This document shows positions 54,201 to 64,000 of a stretch of DNA of 64,000 nt, piece after piece. The stretch is taken from NCBI GenBank assembly GCA_965285935.1, contig OZ260662.1:94054001-94118000 (forward strand), read 5' to 3'. The stretch comes from Ophelia neglecta. Its lineage: Eukaryota. The position numbers and the translations under genes were made by a program. The notes under the pieces are model-generated. The model was not told the origin of the DNA and did no database searches. It was given only the letters and a program-made list of their open reading frames with translations. Each line of letters begins with the position of its first letter. Position 1 is the first letter of the stretch.

Positions 54201-56339
54201 AAGTCCGCTTTGTGCAACTTCGTAGCGTAATTGGCTCAGACTCGTAGGCAACCTAAGGAATCACCATAGCATGTAATGAAACAGCGAGTCAAGGTTGCCG
54301 ATCTTTTGATATGAAGTATTGGCCCCGAAATCAAGTGTGTAAATTATATGCGTGGTAGCTTTCTGCTACATTTTATTACAAAGCTTCTAATTTGGTTTTT
54401 CTGTGAAGCTGCTATTCGTTATGACGACAGCATAAATGTCAATTTACGGTTAGTGAATACTATTGTAGCGTTCAGGCGAAGTTATCCGTGCATTTCTATC
54501 GCTTGTATATTTAAGAAAATGGAACACAAAAGTAACTTCGGGAATTAATGATTCAGTTATTTATTGGCATAAAGTGCTTACAATTACACCTTAGAACTAC
54601 TGCTTATGTTATTACTAAATATGTTCTCAAACACACGGTGTCACAGTAGTGCCAGCCTGTGTTTTGGTGGATTAGAAAATCGTTCGCTCATGTCTGTCAA
54701 TGTTATCCCTGTCACCCCAGCCATTCCACAATCTAGCCCTAGTTCACATACAAAGTGGAAAATAACATCTCGGACCCCAACACTGATAGGTTAAGAGGAA
54801 CATTAAACCAACTAACCCTTTCCATGGATAAAGCAACAGACCAATGTGTGTTTATTAGGACTCCCATTTCCATGAATAAAGTCGTTCGATAAATGAATTA
54901 CCACCCTTTTGGGCAAATACTTTTTCCTTTCATTTTCATCTCTACCCTACTTTGACGACTACCTCGCCGTTTGTTTTGTGCTCTGAGCGTATCATTGACA
55001 TCCTTGGACTGTTTTTCATTGCAGGTGATATAAATGTTTATTTCATTTCTCTTGGGGCTGGTGATTTCAGGATGACCTAGTTCTGGTGGTTCCAGGTGAT
55101 TTCAAAACAAATTTAATGGGCTGTCAGTCATTAATAACTTTTCTTTGTCTGCCGGGTATAAACTCCTTGTTTTACAATGGATAGTACTAGAGGACATATT
55201 TATAGTAATATCAGGGTATAAAATTATTTCACCATTTAATTCGTCCTACCGGTGAGGTGGTCCCATTGGCATTTACTAGTCGAATAGCTTTTAGAAAAGT
55301 CGGTGCACCTCTTTTTTTCGGCGTTTTGTTAAGCTGTATTTGTGTTTACGGAATGTGTATGTGGAAAAATCGTTTAACTGTAAAGAAAAGGAGTGTCTTC
55401 CGTGCGATTTTTCTTTATGTTCTTCCTGTTCGCATTAATCGACTATAATTGTGAAATTCACATGTGCATCACACTGACACTCTCATAAATTAATTAACCT
55501 TAGTTTGGTGCTATATCTTAAAGATATGTTTAAGTACATAACGTGGTGAGTGTCTTCGAGAATGGGTGCTTTAATAGTTCTATCTCGTTTCTAGAGATAA
55601 CCGGTGTTCCCACCTGCTAGCATACACTATTGATGGAGTAGGAATTTTTGATTATATGAGGCGCTGTATACATGTTAATATTTGTAATTTTAGTATCGTC
55701 AGTAAAAAGGACACATTGCGCAAGACTGAAACGCCGAATTGTTTTCATTCCTCGGGCCCAATGTCCCTGACGGGAATACTGTCTTATTTGCTGTTTTAGT
55801 AATTCCGATACTCTTAAGCCTGTTTACGTTGAGAGAACTGGGAATTGATGTTTGTGTTCCCGCGGCTGTCGGCTAAAGGAAATTTCGAAACGATTTAATG
55901 GATTATTGGTAATTAATTTAATTGCTTTTTCTGTCGGTTACCTACTCCTTATTTTTCTGAATCATTGTCTTAACAATGTCATGAATATTCGCTGAAAAAA
56001 GATGAAACGAAAAAAACACCACGGATTTTAGTTATGGCGGACACTTCTTCCATCCTTACTCTCGACTCTTAATCAACAGTATAAACCGAGCAATGGGATT
56101 TAGTGTCCTCAGGGCGCTCAGATGGCACAGTCAGGCTTTCAGCACTGTCACATGTTCAAACCCCCTGTCCAAAGGTTATCAGGCAGTGTGTAATTAATTG
56201 AATTTGGCTGGACATCTGCCCACGGGTTGATTGGAGGTGGTAAACACTGTCAGTTTCGTTTCCCCAACCCGATATTTTACTGCGTCCTACGGGTTGGATC
56301 ACTGATCATGTATTTATTGTGCTTCAGAAAGAGCCAGAT

Positions 56340-56900
56340 TAGCATTTTCCACGACATTTCATGCTTACATGGCATGTAGAATCATAAAATATTATTAAAC
56401 AAACAAACCATGTGTGGGAAGATTTTAAAGTCAAATTAGGTAGCCCTACTCGAACCTGATTGTGGCCATGTTCAGCTATTTTGAACCAGTTTCTGAATAA
56501 CAATACACCTCGAATGGCCTCTCTATATATATCAAGCTTACCAGGCTCATAAGCTGGCCTATAATTACATATTCGATTGAAAATGGACATAAAAGGCCGT
56601 TGCGATCTTTGTAATTGAACAGGCACGTCAAGACCATCTTTTCGTGAAGAGCATGCTGAGTTGATATTGGTCACTCTGAAGGGTGAGAGTAGAGGTATCA
56701 AAATCCAATACACCAACGAGCTAATAACAACGCTGCTGGTAAAAACCTTTTCCCGGTCGATGGAGAGTGGGAATCTTTAATATCAAATGCCAGTGAGTGT
56801 ACAGCTAGATTAAAGGTGCTTTCTGCGGGTGTTCGTATTGGTGCAGCATTACAGCTTGTCTTGTTGTCTGCAAAATAATGCGTATTCCATAACAAAATGT
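56340..56900 (-). mobile_element. LINE reverse transcriptase remnant (N-terminal RT region)
   Basis: HYFADN (NYFA.IG), STG, ILIPL, DVPVQLQ...SIF (VP..LK...PIFK), CNYRP...EAI, in RT order. Confidence 0.4.
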
Positions 56901-57599
56901 GAATCTTTCGACACTAGCCCAAAACATTTAACTTCCAGAGTACCTATACTTGGACATTTATGATTTATTTATGTAGTGTGATCTGACCGTTAATTCTGAC
57001 CAGCTTGAATTACCCATTACAGTCAATGGATCTATCTAAAGTGTTTAAGTCATGTTACTAACGTTTCTTTAAGTTCCACTCAGTATTAGATGAGTCATTT
57101 TCATTATCAACCAAAACACAAACGGGAAAGTGAACCATGCAAAGTTGGCTACTGAAATATGTGGTATTGCCAAGTTTATTTCGAAAGACCGACCTGTTTC
57201 ACATGTTCTGTGGTTAATAGAAATAAGGGATTAATGCGGAATAAGATGCCATTATTTGACTTATAACTCTAATCTTAATAGCAGTTTGCTCTTTAAGTAA
57301 TTACCGGCCTATTGCAAGGGAAATGAACTGCATGTTTGGAGTGACAGATTAATCAATACTGGGACATAATATCCGCTTCTAGCTTATTCAGGATATACAC
57401 AGGCGTCTCCCAAATTAACATTGTTTCTAGAAATATCTCTCAGATGATTAAACCTTTTGATTGTAATAATTTTGAATTTCATTACTTGATTAGGTGTATT
57501 TTGCATTTCGAACAATTTTGTATGCATCTCTTCTAATACACAGGGCAAACATTCTAGTTATTAATTAATACACAACTAACCTCATAGTTATATAGTTTC

Positions 57600-58840
57600 T
57601 ATTCGTTATTATTTTTGTGATTGACTACGATAACAGCATAACAAGCTAAACATGCATTTTGATGAGTATTATTCGAATTAAAAATAACAGGGGAACCACT
57701 CCAAGTTAAAAATTCACTGACCCATACACTTTGGCTTCTCTGAATATTTGAGCCGGGCTTTGTACCTCTATGAAATTGTATCCCGTTTTCCCCGTTGTAC
57801 ATAAAGAGGATTTAGAATTCTTGAGGTGTGGTGTCGTTCTGAAGCAGCAAACTTGCTAAATGTGTGGTTTGTTGATTTTAAGCTAGGCTTAAGCGTGGAG
57901 AACTAGTGCAACAGGTGTTCATCAGAAATATAAATTTAACATAGAACATCATTGCGCTAAGGACATAAACATAGATGTTTATACCGGTATATACATCTTT
58001 GACAAAAATAAGCACTTTGAATAAAAATGTCGCATTTGCAGAAGTTAGAATGAAGCAAGAATTCACTTTAAAATTTAAGCCCTGGTTAAACTAAGCTTCA
58101 ACTAGCGGCAAGTGTATAAGAAACAGACTACGACACTCCAAATGAACTGCAATGCAAGAACCACGCATTTGACAATGGGACTCTATGAGTAAAATTGTGA
58201 GTTATTGGGTCTCAGTCTTATCATTCGTTGTGTCACGTTAGTTACGACCCGATAAAAATCATCTAGCGCATTCGACATTTCATAACGAAATGATTACAGG
58301 ACGATTTGGCATGTTGGGCTCATTTTCTTGAGAAAGCCACGCTTATCGTAAGGCGGCTCAATGGGATGAACTACGCTGCTGGCCAGTTACGTTATTTAAA
58401 CACATGTACGCTCAATATTTTCTACCTCGTTTTGATCATAGCTTAGAAAGAGATAAATACACCTGTGGTGTGATTGTACGATGGGTTTAGCAGGGTTTGT
58501 TATAGGCTTTGAGCGGAAAATAAAATTACATTGACATCCTTGAATAAACAATTTTGATTGAAAAATCATTAATCAGAGACAGTGACGATCATCCTCTCAC
58601 TCACAAAATATAAATAGCAATTTTAGAAAAAAGACGACCAAAACCATCCGGGGCACATTTATTTAAAGACACCCTTTTGCATAAACTAAGTAAATTTCGA
58701 ATTGTACACCGGTAGGATACAATGCGTACTATTTCCCCTTCATGAGATTGTATTATGGCTGTGCTGATTTCATTTTTCATCTTTATAATCAGAGTATGCG
58801 TAATGGACATGTTTGCTTTTTGAATTGTGCTTGAAACATC
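57600..58840 (-). mobile_element. Two short LINE RT-like fragments
   Basis: 58601-58700 SLNKCAPDG...FSK (NKA.GPDG...F.K); 57650-57800 VWVSEFLT....VIFN (WI..FL..R.Q.V..N). Weak. Confidence 0.3.
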
Positions 58841-59689
58841 CATTATGCATACTACGACTGTATGTTAAAATGGACATAACAAAGTCCACAGTACAATGAT
58901 GAATTGCCTAATGGAATATTGGTAGCATGGATAAGCATTATGGAGATTTATTTATTTATTAAGAAAACATCAATTAAAAATAAAAACTTATGTTATGAGG
59001 GATAACTAGTTATAGCTTATGGTTTAGTTTTCAAAAGAGCAATTCCAAACTTTCTTTTATAATCCTATCAAAAAGCCATTACGTAAAGGCTCTTTCGATA
59101 ACGGAGTCGATGTCATAACGATGTTTTAGTCTATGTGAATTTGCTGTACATGTAGAGTAAACTGTCATATAACATTCCGCGTCCCCTTTCTTTTCTCCGT
59201 ATTCACACCTGATCCATCTATGCAAGTAAAAATTGTGACAAAAAACAGAAGTTGTTTGTTTGACTCCTGACAGTCAAATCCGACTGTCATGATGGTCACA
59301 TGTGGTCGCGCTTCTCCTCGGCAACTTGAATAAAAACAATAATTCGCCGGCTTATTTTTCTAAAAACTGACTTAATTAAGGATAAGCCAAAATTACCCAA
59401 AATGGCTTTAAAGCAGCTCATTTATCTCAATTTACAATATTTGTTATAAGTTATATAAATAGCAGGGTGACTCCTAATATTCTTCAACTTTTTGAATTGT
59501 GATCGATCGAATTACCTCATGTGAATTATAAACATGAATGGAGAATATTATTGCCAAAGACTAACGTGGACTTAATAAATGCACAATTTGTGGTCATGAC
59601 CACTGAAAATTGCCCTTTAGAAGTGAGAACCTCTTTTTTAAAAATACAAAAAATTCATGTATTCTGTCTACCGTTAGAAGGCCAACTCA

Positions 59690-60170
59690 ATATAAACTGT
59701 TTAAAATGTGTGGGATAATTATCTTGAAGACATGGGAAACAAACGTTACTCCCGTAACATGAATTTTTTTTTCAAATTGCCAAAACACCATACTACATAG
59801 ATGTGGCGAAAATGCAACACGTCAATGTATAAACAACAACAGGCGGACACCTTGTTTTGCCCCCTTCCAAGGGATTTGGTGGCTTCACAGCCAGCCGAGC
59901 TATCGTTAGTCAGTTAGATCGGGGTGCATTGCATTGCAATAAAATATTAATCGGTGTCCTATGATTTTAACCAGAATTGATCGTGTTCCCCCTGGGAATA
60001 ATAATAGAGCTCGGGACACAATTGACTGGCACATATAGGCGTTTCGTCAATACGGGTGTCCTCTATTACTGGGAGAGTATTGCATGGGTGTTCTTTGGCT
60101 GGGAAAGGACAGCCATCCCATGACCTCATTTTGAAAACCCATGGATTCATGTAAATCTCCTAACAAAATA
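59690..60170 (-). mobile_element. DIRS/Ngaro-type retrotransposon reverse transcriptase remnant
   Basis: Ordered motifs HGFSK*G (GF..GF), AKEHP (SA..HP), TRID (GRI.GP), GEHDQFWL (K..GKFRLI), CNAMHPD (VN..I.PD), KSLGRG (LG.G..LAK), LFPM (LP.G). Confidence 0.58.
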
Positions 60171-60489
60171 AAGACACATACATGTAAATTTGAGGCCAAA
60201 AAATAAAGCATTCAAGATTAAATGAGACAAGATATAACATAGTATCGAAAAATGCAAGAATCAGCATGACTCAAGCTCTCATGTCGTATTTACTTCTCTT
60301 TTTCATTGAAAAATGTCTTCGGTGAGACAATTTTCTGCCGTTCCTGTCAAATAATCTTGAAAACACACCCATTAATGTAAGAAGGGATAGAATTGGAACC
60401 AATACATGAAAATCCACTCCGAAGCAAGTGACACATGCTGTTTATATCTATACATGGTAGTAACCCACCCTCGATACAATCTCCGAAGC

Positions 60490-60570
60490 AATTTCAACAC
60501 CCCCTCTGAAGCTACTTGGGGCAAGAGAGGTGGAGTGCCCCCCCCCCCCCTTTCCAACATTCGCCACCGC
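60490..60570. repeat. Degenerate relative of the 52440-52642 MITE (right half)
   Basis: ccctctgaagctacttggggcaagagaggtggagtgcccccc...ttcgccaccg parallels ccctctgaaac...cactttttggcaaaagggggggggtgtcccc...tccgccactg. Confidence 0.4.
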
Positions 60571-62599
60571 GACCTTTGTCCATCCATTATCCAAAATTTC
60601 TGCAGGTGTCGTATGACAAATCTATTTTTGAGGTTAAACCGATATATAGCTTTGTTTTTAAAGCCATTAACTGTCTTAATTGGCGACTGACGTGTGAACA
60701 CAAAATGGCATTCATGAATTATTAAATATTTGCCAATGGTATGTGCGAAAGACAAGTTGAATATTTTAACGCTAGTTGACACTAGTTAGTGGTATGGTCG
60801 AATTTCATGGTGTCAATATTATATTGCTCCGGCATTTCTTGCAAGTATTAGACAATTATTTAAATATGGATGTCTAATGGATGGCGTGGTTCTTTCGATA
60901 TATAAAACTGTGAAGAAAGAATAATATTTGATGGATTACTTTGCTTTAAAAGATGGCGTAAGAGAAAATAACAAAGTAAGATTTGCACAAGGTGACTCTG
61001 AGCCCGAGAATTGGTTGCGCTATAGAAGTTTGAATGACGCTGTGGGAATACATTATGGTGTAAATTGAGATGTGTTGCTGACAAGTGTAAAGAGCAAGGT
61101 GGGGTGCCACCAGACCATGCTTTTTGAAAACATAAATATGAAAGCTGGGAACAAATGCCTCACGGATAGTTAAAACTTGGAATGGTTATTAAGAATTAAG
61201 AATTACCCTGGCCTGTTTAAATAATCTTTTTGATCATGAAAAACAGGGTACCTTCTATCGTTCAACACTTTTAGAATTGTTTAGAAACTCCTAATTCATT
61301 GCAACCAGCGTTTTTTAGCTTCAAAATAGGAGTGCTATAGAATATATCCAATGCACAGGAAAACCAATTTCTCAGGTGGTGAACCTAGGCCTTTATTTGC
61401 TTGAACATGTCATTTCCCCTCAAGATTTTTAAACAAAAAATTCAGAAAATACTTATAACGTTATTACAGAGTGCTTTCTAAATATGTTAATTTTATTTTG
61501 TGCCGACAATTTTTTTACCTTTCGCTGCAAATTTACTGCATTGGTCATTGGTCCACAAGTTAAGACTTCATAGAGTGATGCTACGGTGGCATATGCAGTA
61601 ATTCAGCTAGACTAGGGTACAAGTATAATGCTCTACTGTTTGACACAATGTATTAAGTTCATACTAATGAATCACCTGTTTTTGTTCTGATCTATTGAAA
61701 AGGTGCCAAATCAGCAGCCGGTAAGGGCAGAATAACCCTCACCTGCGCACGCGAACTGGCTGCAAACGCGTGACATGACAAAAGCAGATCGAGAACCCGA
61801 CGAAACCAATAACGCGTGTAAATAATTAACGTAGAGCAGTGATGGATTATTCAATTTTTAAACTAATTTGGACGCCGATGCAATTTACCCATAGGATTTG
61901 CATCATATGATGCGAATACATAATAATACATTGCACTGTGCCGCGTTAAACTTGTATACACTCGTTTATTATTTAAACATGTTTTTGGCGCCAAGACCCA
62001 TCATCCAAGTATTGATTGATTCGGAATTATTTGAATTAGATTCAGTGAGGTAATTCTCCTTAATATATATTTGGGTGGAGGCCGCAATTTTTACACTTGC
62101 CGCTCATGATATATTTGTATGCCCTCTTTTGTCCTAGCTGAACGCTACGACACAATTATTCAAAATAAAATATAATGCGTTTTCTAACATTCCTATACAA
62201 TGTGAACTGTGTTATAAGTTTGACCTATTAATGATTTTAAATGTGCATACCTAAATAATATAGGTTGCAATGCAAAAAGAGACTTCTTCAATAATAGGTT
62301 TTTTTAATAGAACAGCCGAGAGGGATTCACAGGCTTAGGCATGATTATTAGCACGTGTTCATTATCAACACCCGGGGTGGATGAGCTTTTCTAGGGGCTG
62401 ACACGCTTAAATTTGCCCAAAATTTGATAGGATTAGCCGTGATGAAATATTAAAAACAGCATGGCACACGAGGGTATACATTTAGCTGTCATGCAATGAC
62501 AGACATATCGTTTCCAACAGCGAGGCATGCATGTACTTTTTATTGTGTGTTCTTATGTAACATGTTTTTGTTATATCTACAGTGACAAGAAACACACGG

Positions 62600-63680
62600 C
62601 TATGACCAGAGTGTATTGACGGCCCATGTCCGACCCACGAAGGGCCGCACATGTTCGGCCACGGCCCATACAAACCGACAGAGAGCCACGGTTGTCTGTT
62701 AGCGGCCGATGGCAAACGTAAAGAGTGCCGCGCCGGTCTGTTCACGGGTCATGGCAAGCACCCAGGAAGTCACGGTTGCCTCTTTACGACGGCCCATGGC
62801 AAACCCTTGGATAGCTGCGGTTGTGTGTTAACGGCTAGTGGCAAACCCACAGGGATCTGCAGTTGTCTGTTCAAGGCCCATAGTCAACCCGCAGGGAGCC
62901 TTGCTTGTCTGTTAACGGCACGTGGTAAACCTACATAGAGCCACGGTTGCCCATGGCAAACCCGTAGCGACCCTCGTCTGGAAATTGGCCAAGCCGCAGA
63001 GAGCCACGATTATTTGTTCAGGGCCCAAGGAAAACCCACAAAGAGGCACGGTCGTCTGTTTACGGCCCATGGCAAACCCACAGAGAACCGTAGTTGTCTG
63101 TTCATGGCGCATGGCCATACCACAGAGAACCGTAGTTGTCTGTTCATGGCGTATGGCCAACCCACAGAGAACCGTAGTTGTCTGTTCATGGCCCATGGCC
63201 AACCCACAGAGCACCGAAGTTGTCTGTTCATGGCCCATGGCCAACCCACAGAGCACAGTAGTTGTCTGTTCATGGCACATGGCCAACCCACAGAGAACCG
63301 TAGTTGTCTGTTCATGGCCCATGGCCAACCCACAGAGCACAGTAGTGGTCTGTTCACGGCACATGGCCAACCCACAGAGAATCGTAGTTGTCTGTTCATT
63401 GCGCATGGCAAGCCCACAGAAATACTGGGTAGTTGTTAACGGCCCATGGCCAACCCACAGAGAGGCACGGTTTTCTGTTAACGGCCTATGGCCAACCCAC
63501 AGAGCCGCGGTTGTCTGTTCACAGACACGGCCAACTCACAGAGACACGGTGTTCTGTTCACGACCCTTGCTAACCCACAGGGAGTCGAACTTGTCTATAT
63601 ACGGCTAGTTGCGAAACCAAAGAGAGCCTCCGTTGTCTGCTTACCGCACATGGCATCCGACAGAGAGCCGCGGTTGCGAA
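62600..63680. repeat. 42-bp minisatellite, about 25 copies
   Basis: Core unit CATGGCCAACCCACAGAGAACCGTAGTTGTCTGTTCATGGCC, seen as 14-aa periodicity in several ORF-track frames (e.g. HGQPTENRSCLFMA). Near-identical units at ~63070-63410, diverged units on both flanks. Confidence 0.95.
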
Positions 63681-64000
63681 TCAACACATCCGAGGTTTGT
63701 CTGCTTTATATTTCCTTCGTTCGGCGGAGATAATAGTTTATTTAACATGCCTTTCCATTGGAACCTGTAGGGAACCAGGAAGACACTTAAGTTCTTGTGT
63801 CGCGAACACTCGAGGCTCTCAGTATCGCGAACATTTAATTTCGAGACTAGTCCAAGTCAACCGGATCTCTCCTCGGTTCAACCTCTCAGAAGGTACATAA
63901 AGGTAAAATAATATGAATAATTGAACCTTTTTGAAAACAATCAACTGAAATGACCTCATTTATTATGTTTCGAAAAACAAATTACCAAAACAGTGGCAAT

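Noticed and set aside
62912-63608. Long ORFs (135-228 aa) over the tandem repeat as genes
   Set aside because: Open on both strands and in several frames simply because the 42-bp unit lacks stops; no independent coding evidence.
62600-63680. CRISPR-like array
   Set aside because: Units are contiguous with no unique spacers, there are no cas genes, and the context is eukaryotic.

Overview
AT-rich eukaryotic DNA, probably from a marine invertebrate (the transposon spectrum and GPCR type look lophotrochozoan; this is inference). I can support only one intact protein-coding gene: an intronless class A GPCR on the minus strand (11077-12267) of the FMRFamide/sex-peptide/srw-receptor-like group. 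It departs from class A consensus in several ways (no TM3-ECL2 disulfide cysteines, Glu at 3.39, no Pro at 6.50), and a signal-peptide-like uORF lies one base out of frame just upstream. The rest is mostly an old transposon graveyard recognised from broken protein motifs: about 15 LINE (CR1/L2-like) fragments, remnants of hAT, Academ (XPG-type), ISL2EU-like SWIM/YqaJ, THAP, MULE/NOF-like and DIRS elements, two clear MITEs, degenerate SINE heads, and a 42-bp minisatellite of about 25 copies near the end. Most retroelement relics lie on the minus strand, which hints that the window sits in a long intron of a plus-strand gene with the GPCR nested antisense. I found no convincing novel multi-gene system. 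All transposon assignments come from by-eye motif comparison with remembered family consensus, not database searches, and boundaries are approximate.
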